DNA of 64,000 bases, from positions 544,001 to 608,000 of the forward strand of contig CAWGAA010000002.1 in NCBI GenBank assembly GCA_963820525.1, read 5' to 3'. The stretch comes from an uncultured Spirochaetota bacterium. GTDB taxonomy: Bacteria; Spirochaetota; Spirochaetia; SZUA-6; Fen-1364. The position numbers and the translations under genes are program-made. The notes beneath the pieces are model-generated. The model was not told where the DNA came from. It saw only the letters and a list, made by a program, of their open reading frames with translations, and did no database searches. Below, in pieces: positions 18,060 to 26,922 of this stretch. The stretch's first letter is position 1, and each line of letters begins with the position of its first letter.

Positions 18060-18917
18060 ATGAGAAAGCCGCCGTTCGCCGCGATACTCCTGATGCTCCT
18101 CCTGGCATCGGCGCTCTGTGACGCTGCGGCCGTCACGTTGTACGTGAGGCGCGTGGTGGTGGCTCAGCCCGGCGGCCTCACCGTGGGCGATCTCGTTCAG
18201 ACCTCGGGGGAGGTCTCCCAGGAGCTGCGCGAGGCTCTGGCGCGAAGCGTAGCGATCCTCTCCGACCGCCTCCTCATAATCCCCTCCGGGCTGTACAGCG
18301 GGCTCTTCGAGCAGAGCCTCGGCGGCGGCCTCATTCTTGTGGGCAAGCGCACCCTTGTGGTGCCCCAAGGCTCCCTCGCCGATGCCGCCCTCCAGCTGGT
18401 CGACAGGCTTGCCGATTACCTGGAGAATCAGGGTGGAATCGGAAGGGGGAGGGTGGAGCTCGAGGTGGGGCAGGTATCCGGGCTTCCCGCGGGCATGCCC
18501 CCTTCGGGCCTCGTGTTCACAACCATCCGCGCGGAGAGGAAGGCCGGCCTGTTCTCCGGTCCGGCGGAGTTCAGCTTCAGTTATGCGGGACAGAATCCGG
18601 GCCAGTTGGGAGGCTTCATTGCCTTGAAGATCACCCAGGTGGAGACTCCGGCACCCTCCGCGCCCGGCAGCGTAAGCACGGGTGACGGCATGGTTCTCGG
18701 CAGCCTTGCCGGGGCGATGGCGGGGGATGCGGGAGTGCGCGAGAACGACCCCGTTTCCGTCTTCTTCAGAAAGGGCGCCATCACGATCGAGATGCCGGGC
18801 AGGGCCCTTCAGTCCGCGCACCTCGGCGAGCAGGCGAAAGTCTTCATCCCCGAAAGCCGCTTGAGCTTTTCGGGGATCGTGGTCGGGAACAAGGCGGTGA
18901 GCGTTGAGATCAGATAG
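18060..18917 (+). CDS. flgA: P-ring assembly chaperone FlgA-like protein
   Basis: Signal peptide. C-terminal FlgA-like segment VRENDPVSV...GRALQSAHLGEQAKV...GIVVG. Lies between flgG and flgI. Confidence 0.7.
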   Translation: MRKPPFAAILLMLLLASALCDAAAVTLYVRRVVVAQPGGLTVGDLVQTSGEVSQELREALARSVAILSDRLLIIPSGLYSGLFEQSLGGGLILVGKRTLVVPQGSLADAALQLVDRLADYLENQGGIGRGRVELEVGQVSGLPAGMPPSGLVFTTIRAERKAGLFSGPAEFSFSYAGQNPGQLGGFIALKITQVETPAPSAPGSVSTGDGMVLGSLAGAMAGDAGVRENDPVSVFFRKGAITIEMPGRALQSAHLGEQAKVFIPESRLSFSGIVVGNKAVSVEIR

Positions 18918-19944
18918 GCTTTGCGGTTTTTCGCGGTTCGGCGCCGCAATCGTCGCCGCGCTTTTGCTTCTTGTAGCTTTCAGCGCCGCGGCCGCCCCTA
19001 CCGTGCGGATCAAGGATATTGCGTACCTTCGCGGCGTACGGGGAAACCAGATTCTCGGATTGGGGCTGGTCACGGGGCTCTCTGGAAAGGGGGACTCCTC
19101 CAACTCCAGCATGCTCCAATCCTCCCTTTCCACCCTCATGTCCAACTTCGGATTCACCGTTTCTCCTCAGGATATCAGGAGCAGGAACTGCGCCGTTGTC
19201 ATGGTGAGCGCGGAGCTGCCCGCCTTCTCACGGCCCGGCGACACCATCGACGTGACGGTGTCGAGCATTGGAGACGCACGGGACCTGGACGGCGGGATCC
19301 TCCTCCAGACCAACCTCCAGGCGGCGAATGGACAGACGTACGCGGTGGCCCAGGGCAAGGTGATGAGCACGCCGGACCCCTCCGGCGTTCGGACCGTGGG
19401 GAGCATTTCCCTGGGCGCGATCGTAGAGAAAGAGGCCGTTTCGCAGTACGTCCAGAACAACACCGTCTCATTGGTGCTTCGAAACCCCGACTTCGTTACG
19501 GCAAGCGCGGTTCAGAAAGCCGTGGAGGCGGCGTTTTCCGGAATCAAGACGACGAGCCGGGACCCCTCCCTCCTGGAGATCCAGATCCCCGACGCCCAGA
19601 GCTCCAATCCCGTCGCGTTTCTCGCTCAACTGGAGGCTCTCACGCTTACCCCCGATGCCAGCGGCAAGGTGGTGATCAATTCCTCAAGCGGGGTCATCGT
19701 GATGGGAGACAGGGTGAGAATCGGCAAGGTGGCGGTCTCCTATAAAAGCGCCCGCGTCACGGTGGGCGCCTCCGCGGCCCAATCCGCGACGCAGCCCGAC
19801 ATCTTCGTGGTCGGGGATACCGCTACCGTGGACGACTTCGTTTCTTCACTGAAATCCGTGGGCCTGAAAACGGATGCCATCATCGGCATCCTCCAGGCTA
19901 TCGAGAAGGCGGGCGCCCTCTTCGGGACGCTCGTGATCATGTGA
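18904..19944 (+). CDS. flgI: Flagellar P-ring protein
   Basis: RIKDIA...GVRGNQILGLGLVTGLSGKGD, AVVMVSAELP, VSSIGDA, YAVAQG, AGAL. Confidence 0.95.
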   Translation: MRSDRLCGFSRFGAAIVAALLLLVAFSAAAAPTVRIKDIAYLRGVRGNQILGLGLVTGLSGKGDSSNSSMLQSSLSTLMSNFGFTVSPQDIRSRNCAVVMVSAELPAFSRPGDTIDVTVSSIGDARDLDGGILLQTNLQAANGQTYAVAQGKVMSTPDPSGVRTVGSISLGAIVEKEAVSQYVQNNTVSLVLRNPDFVTASAVQKAVEAAFSGIKTTSRDPSLLEIQIPDAQSSNPVAFLAQLEALTLTPDASGKVVINSSSGVIVMGDRVRIGKVAVSYKSARVTVGASAAQSATQPDIFVVGDTATVDDFVSSLKSVGLKTDAIIGILQAIEKAGALFGTLVIM

Positions 19945-19954
19945 GGGACTGGAC

Positions 19955-20254
19955 ATGATAGTAGCGAGCGCCGGACATTCCTCTTCATACCCGTTGAATC
20001 CCTCCCAGGTGAGGAAACCTGTGGACAAGAACAGCGAGTTGTACAAGGCATGCCTGGACTTCGAGTCTCTTTTCGTAAAACAGATGCTCGACGTCATGCG
20101 AAAGACCGTTCATAAGGATGGCATCCTGGACGGCGGCATGAGCGAAGAGATTTTCGAAGACATGCTATATGACCAGTATGCAAGAAAAATGGCTGAAACC
20201 GCCCAATTCGGGCTTGCGGAAACCATTTATCGTCAGGTATCATCAAAAGCATAG
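19955..20254 (+). CDS. flgJ: Short FlgJ (rod-binding domain only)
   Basis: LYKACLDFESLFVKQMLDVMRKT...FEDMLYDQYA...GLAETIYRQ. No muramidase domain. Confidence 0.88.
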   Translation: MIVASAGHSSSYPLNPSQVRKPVDKNSELYKACLDFESLFVKQMLDVMRKTVHKDGILDGGMSEEIFEDMLYDQYARKMAETAQFGLAETIYRQVSSKA

Positions 20255-20260
20255 TGCCAC

Positions 20261-20282
20261 TCTGTATGAAAAAACATACAGA
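20261..20282. promoter_or_regulatory. Perfect palindrome, candidate enhancer (UAS) for a sigma-54 activator
   Basis: TCTGTATG-AAAAAA-CATACAGA (TGT-N12-ACA), about 90-110 bp upstream of a -24/-12 box. Confidence 0.55.
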
Positions 20283-20371
20283 ACGAGGCCAATCAATGCC
20301 TGTCCGAGGGGTAAGATAAAATAATTAATTATAATATAAATAATTAGATGTTATTCGTATGCTCTCCCTCT

Positions 20372-20387
20372 TGGCATGGTACTTGTT
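20372..20387 (+). promoter_or_regulatory. Sigma-54 (-24/-12)-type promoter
   Basis: TGGCATGGTACTTGTT = GG-N10-GT against consensus TGGCAC-N5-TTGC. The -12 dinucleotide is GT rather than GC. Confidence 0.6.
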
Positions 20388-20406
20388 TATATAAGGGCAG
20401 GAGCTA

Positions 20407-21255
20407 TTGATGGGTAGGAAGAGGGAGATGACGACATCATTCGATGACAACCTCCACGCTTACTTCAGCCAGATTAAGAAGGCCAAGCTCCTGACCTTCG
20501 AGGAAGAGCTCGCCCTTTCCAAGAGAATCCAGGCCGGCGACGAGGAAGCCAGAAACATCCTGATCGAGGCGAACCTCCGCCTCGTCGTGCGCATCGCCAA
20601 GAGCTACATTACGCCGGAGGTTTCAATCCTCGACCTCATCCAGGAGGGCAACCTCGGCCTCATGAGGGCGGTCTCCAAGTACGACTACAAAAAAGGCGTG
20701 CGCTTCAGCACCTATGCCTCCTGGTGGATCAAGCAGTCGATCGTGAGGGCCCTCTCCAACAAGAGAAGGGTCATCCGGCTTCCCCACAGGCAGGAGGAGA
20801 AGCTGCGCAAGATCAATAAAGTCTACAACAATCTCTCCCAGGTCCTCATGCGAGAGCCGACCCTCGTGGAGATCGCCGAGGAAATCGGCCTGGAAGAGGA
20901 GGAGATCGCTTCCATTCTCAACTCCTCCAGCTCCGTAGCCTCCCTCGACTCCACGGCATCGGACGATTCGGGAAGCCTCCACGATGTTGTCGAGGATCTC
21001 TCGTACAACCCCGACAAGGAGCTGATGAAAAAGAACCTCCGCGAAGACACCCTGCGGTTCCTCCAGGGTCTCCACGAGAAGGAGAGGCGGATATTGCTCT
21101 ACAGGTTCTCCTTCATCGGCGGCAGGCGCTACACCCTGAAGAAGATCGGCGATGAGCTGGGCATCTCCCCGGAAACCGTCCGTCAGATCGAGATTCGCGC
21201 CCTCAAGAAACTGCGTTCCTTCTCCGATGAGCTGAAAGAGTACGTTTACAGCTGA
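20407..21255 (+). CDS. rpoS: RNA polymerase sigma factor, RpoS-like (group 2)
   Basis: [58 protein letters not shown]. No region 1.1. Position after flgI-flgJ matches Borrelia rpoS; symbol tentative, start may be 20410 or 20428. Confidence 0.85.
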   Translation: MMGRKREMTTSFDDNLHAYFSQIKKAKLLTFEEELALSKRIQAGDEEARNILIEANLRLVVRIAKSYITPEVSILDLIQEGNLGLMRAVSKYDYKKGVRFSTYASWWIKQSIVRALSNKRRVIRLPHRQEEKLRKINKVYNNLSQVLMREPTLVEIAEEIGLEEEEIASILNSSSSVASLDSTASDDSGSLHDVVEDLSYNPDKELMKKNLREDTLRFLQGLHEKERRILLYRFSFIGGRRYTLKKIGDELGISPETVRQIEIRALKKLRSFSDELKEYVYS

Positions 21256-21270
21256 CGCTCCGGAGTCAAG

Positions 21271-22200
21271 ATGGCTTCCATACCGAAGGCAAAGGCGCGC
21301 TTCGCCTTCGTCTTTCTCACCCTCTGCGCCGTTTCGCTCTTCATCGTCCTGGCAACCTGTCTGCCTTCAAAGCCCGAGGCGTCCAGGGCCCGGCCGCAGC
21401 GCCCATCGGCCGGTGCATCCGAGGTCCAACCCCAGGCGCCCGCCGAGGTGGGCGTCACGCGTCATGAGCCTGAGCGGCTTTCCGCCCAGCCTTCCCTGCC
21501 CGCCGCCCCACCCCAGCGTCCGGCGCCGGAAAAGGGAGGAAGGATGGCCGTCATCATCGACGATGCGGGCTACAAACTCGAGGACCTCCAGCCCTTCCTC
21601 GATTTCCCACCGCCCGTCACGATCGCCGTCCTGCCGAATCTCGCCAACAGCGGCGAAGCGGCACGGCGGGTTTTAGCCGCCGGCAAGGGTCTTCTCCTCC
21701 ACTGTCCGATGGAGCCCCGCAACGGGGAGGATCCCGGTCCCGGAGCCCTTCGAACTGACCAGACCGACGCCGAGATCGAGGGGCTCCTCGCCGCGGCCTT
21801 CAGATCCGTTCCCGGAGCCGAGGGGTTGAACAACCACATGGGCTCCCGGGCCACGGCCGACGAGCGGCTCATGACCGATGTCATGGCCTACTTGAAGAAG
21901 GAAGGGAAGCTGTTCGTCGACAGCAGGACCACCGCGGATTCCGTGGCGGAGCGGATCGCGGCCGGCTTCGGCGTGCCCTTCCTCCAGCGCGACGTCTTCA
22001 TCGACAACGAGCGGGACGCGGCGGACATCGAGCGCGCCATTGCCGCGGGCGTCGAGCGGGCGAGAACCGGGGGAAGCGCGATCCTCATCGGGCATGTACA
22101 TACCCCGGAGATTCTCGCTATATTGAAGAGGGACCTCTCGAAGCTCCAGGAATCGGGAGTCCGGCTCGTGAGCCTCCCTGAAATCCTCGGAAGCGAGTGA
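21271..22200 (+). CDS. Divergent polysaccharide deacetylase (YibQ family), membrane anchored
   Basis: VIIDDAG, AVLP, LHCPMEP, NNHMGS, FVDSRT, RDVFID, LIGH. Confidence 0.93.
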   Translation: MASIPKAKARFAFVFLTLCAVSLFIVLATCLPSKPEASRARPQRPSAGASEVQPQAPAEVGVTRHEPERLSAQPSLPAAPPQRPAPEKGGRMAVIIDDAGYKLEDLQPFLDFPPPVTIAVLPNLANSGEAARRVLAAGKGLLLHCPMEPRNGEDPGPGALRTDQTDAEIEGLLAAAFRSVPGAEGLNNHMGSRATADERLMTDVMAYLKKEGKLFVDSRTTADSVAERIAAGFGVPFLQRDVFIDNERDAADIERAIAAGVERARTGGSAILIGHVHTPEILAILKRDLSKLQESGVRLVSLPEILGSE

Positions 22201-22212
22201 GGAACCGCGAGA

Positions 22213-23226
22213 GTGAAGATCCTCGGGATAGAAAGCTCGTGCGACGAGTGCTCGGCCGCCGTGGTCGAGGACGGACGGCGCATACTCAGCAACATCGTCT
22301 TGAGCCAGGTCGATTTCCACAAGCCCTTCTACGGGGTGGTCCCCGAGATCGCCTCCCGCAAGCACATCGAGTGGATCCAGCCCGTCGTCTCGGACGCGCT
22401 CGCCGAGGCCGCGATGGGGATCGGGGACATCGATGCTGTAGCTGTCACCTACCGCCCGGGGCTGATCGGCTCCCTGCTCGTCGGCCTCTCCTTTGCCAAG
22501 GGGCTGGCGTACGCTCGCGGGCTGCCGCTGGTGGGAGTGGACCACATCCTTGCCCACCTCTACGCCCCGCACCTTGAGCGGGACATTCGCTACCCCTATC
22601 TCGGCCTCCTGGTTTCCGGGGGGCATACCATCATCGCCCGGGTGGATGACTACGATAGGATGGAAGTGCTGGGCACCACGATCGACGACGCATGCGGCGA
22701 GGCATTCGACAAGGTGGCCAAGCACTACGATATCGGGTTTCCCGGCGGGGTTGCGATCGACCGGCTTTCCCGGGAGGGAAACCCACGGGCCTTCCGCTTT
22801 CCTGTTCCGACTCTCGACAAGGGGCAGGCCCTCTACGATGTCTCCTACTCGGGGCTGAAGACGGCCGTCATCCATCAGGTGGATCGGTTTTGGGACGGCA
22901 AGTCGGAAAAGAGCATGGCCAACATCGCAGCGTCCTTCCAGAGGGTGGCAATCGATATCCTGGCCGACAGGGTCATTCGGGCCGCGAAGGACCAGAAGCT
23001 CTCCTGCATCGTGGCGGGGGGCGGTGTTGCCGCCAACAGCTATCTCAGAAAGAGGCTGGGGGATGAGAAAGACTTCGAGGTGATATTCCCCTCGCTCAAG
23101 CTGTGCACCGACAATGCCGCAATGGTGGCCGGCTTCGGATTCCGCGCACTCAGGGATGGAAAAACATCGGATTTCAGCCTCAACGCTTCCGCCCGCGTGC
23201 CCATGTTCAAGCGGACGTATCCCTAG
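22213..23226 (+). CDS. tsaD: tRNA N6-threonylcarbamoyltransferase
   Basis: ILGIESSCDE, GVVPEIASRKH, PGLIGSL, HILAH, VSGGHT, DDACGEAFDK, SGLKT, GGVAAN, TDNAAM. Confidence 0.97.
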   Translation: MKILGIESSCDECSAAVVEDGRRILSNIVLSQVDFHKPFYGVVPEIASRKHIEWIQPVVSDALAEAAMGIGDIDAVAVTYRPGLIGSLLVGLSFAKGLAYARGLPLVGVDHILAHLYAPHLERDIRYPYLGLLVSGGHTIIARVDDYDRMEVLGTTIDDACGEAFDKVAKHYDIGFPGGVAIDRLSREGNPRAFRFPVPTLDKGQALYDVSYSGLKTAVIHQVDRFWDGKSEKSMANIAASFQRVAIDILADRVIRAAKDQKLSCIVAGGGVAANSYLRKRLGDEKDFEVIFPSLKLCTDNAAMVAGFGFRALRDGKTSDFSLNASARVPMFKRTYP

Positions 23227-23310
23227 AGCTCAAGCGGTCCCGCGCATCCTCTCGCCCGCATTGTTGTCCCGGAACCGGGGCTGACGGTAACTTTCACATA
23301 TCGGATTCCC

Positions 23311-24309
23311 GTGATGATGAGACGGAAGCTTGGCAGGACGGGGCTGGTCGTGACGCCCGTCGGGTTGGGGTTGGCCGCCTTGGGGCGGCCGGGCTACATC
23401 ACCCTGAAGCATGACGAGGATCTCGGCTTTGAATACGGCATCAAGGACATGGAGTCGCATGCCCACGACGTTCTGGATGCCGCCTGGCAGGCGGGAATCC
23501 GCTATTTCGACACCGCCAGATCATACGGCCGCGCCGAGTCATTCCTGGCTTCCTGGCTGCGCACCCGAAGGATCAGTCCCGGCGAAGTCTCGGTGGGCTC
23601 CAAGTGGGGGTACACCTACACGGCGGATTGGCTCGTCGCGGCACCGGTTCATGAAACCAAGGAGCATTCCCTGGAGGTGCTGCGGCGGCAGCGGCAGGAA
23701 AGCGAGGGGAATCTAGGGCGCTACCTTCGGCTCTACCAGATCCACTCCGCCACTCTGGAGAGCGGAGTGCTGGCGGACAGGGACGTGCTTGCCGAGCTCG
23801 CCCGCTACCGTGATGAAGGTCTCGCCATCGGACTGACGGTGAGCGGGCCGGGGCAATCGGAGACTCTCTATCGGGCTTTGGAGATCGCCGTCAACGGGAG
23901 GCCGCTTTTCGAGTGCGTTCAAGCCACCTGGAACATCCTCGAGCCGTCTGCGGGCACGGCCCTGGAGGTGGCGCATCGAAGCGGCGTTGGCGTCATCGTC
24001 AAGGAGGCACTGGCGAATGGGCGCCTGACGGGGAAAAACGCGGATCCCGCGTTCTCGCCTAAGCTCACCGCGCTTCAAAGCATCGCGGCCGGACTCGACG
24101 CCGGAGTCGACGCCGTCGCCATTGCAGCAGCGCTGGCGCAGCCGTGGGCGGACGTGGTCTTAAGCGGAGCCGCAGTTCGCGAGCAGCTGTCCTCCAACCT
24201 GACAGCCGAGGAAGTGATCCTGACGGGGAACGAGCTCGAGCGGCTGTCTGAGCTTGCCGAAAACCCGCAGGAATACTGGGGCAAGCGCAGCGCCCTGCCG
24301 TGGAACTGA
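23311..24309 (+). CDS. Aldo/keto reductase
   Basis: RKLGRTG, FDTARSYG, SKWG, YQIH, KEALANG. Confidence 0.9.
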   Translation: MMMRRKLGRTGLVVTPVGLGLAALGRPGYITLKHDEDLGFEYGIKDMESHAHDVLDAAWQAGIRYFDTARSYGRAESFLASWLRTRRISPGEVSVGSKWGYTYTADWLVAAPVHETKEHSLEVLRRQRQESEGNLGRYLRLYQIHSATLESGVLADRDVLAELARYRDEGLAIGLTVSGPGQSETLYRALEIAVNGRPLFECVQATWNILEPSAGTALEVAHRSGVGVIVKEALANGRLTGKNADPAFSPKLTALQSIAAGLDAGVDAVAIAAALAQPWADVVLSGAAVREQLSSNLTAEEVILTGNELERLSELAENPQEYWGKRSALPWN

Positions 24310-24380
24310 AAGACCGGCAAGAAAAGCAGAGACCTGGGTGACAGATTGCGGCCTTCTCCGGGTTGAACTCTTCACGATAT

Positions 24381-25247
24381 ATGAAGACGCTTCGAATGCT
24401 CTCCATTGCCATCACGAGCGCTTTCCTCCTTGCCATGGCCGGCTGCGTAGATCCGGGCTGGAGCTTTCCCACCGGCTATGATTCATTCACGGCCCCCCAG
24501 GGCTACGATACCGGGAGTTGTACTCGCTTTCTCAATGCGGCGGCGGTTTGCATGCGGTCCGAAAAATCGGATAAGGCGGCGAACCTCGCTTCCATCCGCG
24601 ATATGACGGCTCTCATCATGGCGGAGCACTCGGATACCGACGTGATCGTGTTCCCCGAACTGTGCACGAGCTGGCTCTGGGACCCGGCGGATCCCGTCTC
24701 CTATTACGCCTCCGTGGCGGAGCCGGTTCCCGGCCCTTCCACGGCGTATGTATCCGGCCTCGCGTCCCAGTACGGCGTCGCCATTGTCTTCGGTCTGGCG
24801 GAAGTCGAGAACGGCGCTTATTACAGCTGCCAGGCGATGTTGAAACCGGACGGAACGCTTGTGAAATACAGAAAGCGCGGCCTGAACAGCGGCGATAGGG
24901 CAAACGGCTGCACGCCGGGAGCCGCGCGCGCCGAATCCGAGGTCAAGGGAGTGACCGTGGGCTTCCTCATCTGTTCGGACTACCAGGATGAGGCGGTCAT
25001 CCGCGACCTTTCCACGGGAGGCGCTCCCGTGATCCTCGCCAGCATCGCAACCGAGACACGGCTGAACAATGGCGTCGACTTCCTTGCCCGCTCCCTCTCC
25101 CGATGGGTTGTCTATTCCAACGGCGGCGGCACGCAGGGAGATGTATCGCTTCCGGGCCACGTCTTTGTCGCGGATCCAACCGGCACCGTCCACGATCCTG
25201 AAAGCGGGCCGGGAGCCTACTCCTGGTTCCGCATCGGGGTGTATTGA
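24381..25247 (+). CDS. Carbon-nitrogen hydrolase (nitrilase superfamily) lipoprotein
   Basis: Lipobox-like LLAMAGC. Catalytic triad FPE / YRK / ICSD is intact. Confidence 0.85.
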   Translation: MKTLRMLSIAITSAFLLAMAGCVDPGWSFPTGYDSFTAPQGYDTGSCTRFLNAAAVCMRSEKSDKAANLASIRDMTALIMAEHSDTDVIVFPELCTSWLWDPADPVSYYASVAEPVPGPSTAYVSGLASQYGVAIVFGLAEVENGAYYSCQAMLKPDGTLVKYRKRGLNSGDRANGCTPGAARAESEVKGVTVGFLICSDYQDEAVIRDLSTGGAPVILASIATETRLNNGVDFLARSLSRWVVYSNGGGTQGDVSLPGHVFVADPTGTVHDPESGPGAYSWFRIGVY

Positions 25248-25855
25248 TGAAGAAACACGCCGCATGTCTCCTGCTCATGGCTGCTGTCGGGATAGCGACG
25301 GCGCTTGCTGACACGCAGCAGCGCGAGCCTTTCCTCTATGTCGCCTGGAATCCGGGCGCCGCCCTGTCGTTCTTTCCAACGGAGTTCGTGACCCGCTCCA
25401 TTCTGCCCACCGTCTTGTTCAACCAGGAAGCCGGCGTGGCGCTCGCCGCGGGGTTTTACCGGGACAGCCAGGTGCTTGAGGGGCGGGCGGCTTTCGGCAA
25501 CTCCAACGCCTACTATTTCGTGATGCAGTTTCAATTCGGCTGGAGCTGGTTTTTCGCGGAGTCGCGGGGTTGGATGGACAAGGGTCCATACGCGGGCGCC
25601 TGCCTGCGCTACTGGGACCTCATCCAGGTGTACAGCGGCGTCCAATCGCACAACATCGCGCCGATGCTCGATGTCGGCTGGTGGTTCGACCTGGGGGGGT
25701 GGTTAATTGATATACGGATGAGCCAGGTCTTCGCCGTGGCATCTTTTTCAAGCATTCCCTACTCCCGGCCGGGCATTGCCTTCATAGCGAGCCCGATTCC
25801 CGGAATCTCGCCCGTGATGCCGATCGGGCTCGTCCAAATCGGAATCAAGCTTTAG
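25244..25855 (+). CDS. Hypothetical secreted protein, possible small outer-membrane beta-barrel
   Basis: Signal peptide, aromatic-rich alternating strands, C-terminal VQIGIKL. Overlaps the upstream stop. Confidence 0.6.
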   Translation: MMKKHAACLLLMAAVGIATALADTQQREPFLYVAWNPGAALSFFPTEFVTRSILPTVLFNQEAGVALAAGFYRDSQVLEGRAAFGNSNAYYFVMQFQFGWSWFFAESRGWMDKGPYAGACLRYWDLIQVYSGVQSHNIAPMLDVGWWFDLGGWLIDIRMSQVFAVASFSSIPYSRPGIAFIASPIPGISPVMPIGLVQIGIKL

Positions 25856-25901
25856 GCGAAGGGCACGCCTCGCACGCGCCCCGACCCAGCCGCGCCGCCC
25901 T

Positions 25902-25930
25902 TTGACAAGCCGATGGTCGCATATTAGTAT
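25902..25930 (+). promoter_or_regulatory. Sigma-70 promoter
   Basis: TTGACA-N17-TAGTAT. Confidence 0.65.
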
Positions 25931-25945
25931 AAAAAGGGGTTAGGC

Positions 25946-26389
25946 ATGGAAAGCTTGTTCATTACCTATGCATCGGATTCTCCCGAGGGCATGTCGATCA
26001 TCGACGAGCTGCGCTCCGCCTGCGATGAAATCCATTGTACCGCAGCGGTGAAAAAAGCCCTCGAATCCTCGATTCCGGATCTCGCGGCCGCGGCGATCCT
26101 GGTCTTCGGCGTCCAGAAGACGGGCCAATCGGAGCTGCCCGCCGATTTTTCGCGATTGGCCGAAGCCATGAAGGGCGCCAACTTCGCGGGCAAGACCGCG
26201 GCGTTCATCTCCTTTGGAGGCAATGGGGCTTCGGCCCGGTTGCGCATCATCCTCCGCGACACCGACATCGCGCAGTTCGACGAGGAGCCGGTCTTCGCCT
26301 CGCCGGGCTCCGCCCGGACCGCGAACCTGCGGGAATGGGTCAAGAAGCTGATGACTTTCCACCAGGGGAACCACGGTGCGGGAAAATGA
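25946..26389 (+). CDS. Flavodoxin-like fold protein (degenerate)
   Basis: ILVFG, FAGKTAAFISFG segments. The FMN phosphate loop (SxTGNT) is not conserved. Confidence 0.6.
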   Translation: MESLFITYASDSPEGMSIIDELRSACDEIHCTAAVKKALESSIPDLAAAAILVFGVQKTGQSELPADFSRLAEAMKGANFAGKTAAFISFGGNGASARLRIILRDTDIAQFDEEPVFASPGSARTANLREWVKKLMTFHQGNHGAGK

Positions 26390-26915
26390 GCTTCTCGACT
26401 CAGTTATCAGGAAGATTCCCGACTTTCCGAAGCCCGGAGTCCTTTTCTACGATATCACGGGAATCCTCGTAAACCCTCCCGCCTTCATATCCTGCATCGA
26501 CCTCATGATGGAGATCTACCGGGAGACGCCCATCGACGCCGTGGCTGCCATTGAGTCGCGCGGCTTCGTGTTCGCGGCACCCTTCGCGTACAAGCGGCAG
26601 GTCCCGCTGATCCTCCTTCGAAAGAAGGGAAAGCTTCCGGGAGATACCTTCAAGATGCGTTTCACCCTCGAGTATGGAGAGGACGTCCTGGAGGTGCATA
26701 AAAGCGACGTGCGCCCGGGGATGCGCGTTCTCCTGGTCGATGACCTGATCGCCACCGGAGGAACCTTGAGCGCATCGGCGAAGCTCCTCACCCAGGGGGG
26801 AGCCCGGGTAGCCGCGGTGTTCGGTGTTGTGGGGCTGCCCTTCCTCCACTACGAGAAGGCCCTCGCGGGCCTGCCGGTGACCACTCTCATCCAGTACGGC
26901 AGCGAGAAGGCCTGA
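26376..26915 (+). CDS. apt: Adenine phosphoribosyltransferase
   Basis: PDFPKPGVLFYDI, ESRGF, RKKGKLP, LEYG, VDDLIATGGT. Confidence 0.97.
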   Translation: MRENELLDSVIRKIPDFPKPGVLFYDITGILVNPPAFISCIDLMMEIYRETPIDAVAAIESRGFVFAAPFAYKRQVPLILLRKKGKLPGDTFKMRFTLEYGEDVLEVHKSDVRPGMRVLLVDDLIATGGTLSASAKLLTQGGARVAAVFGVVGLPFLHYEKALAGLPVTTLIQYGSEKA

Positions 26916-26922
26916 AGAGCTT

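Noticed and set aside
20262..20281. LexA SOS box
   Set aside because: Spacing is CTGT-N12-ACAG, not N8.
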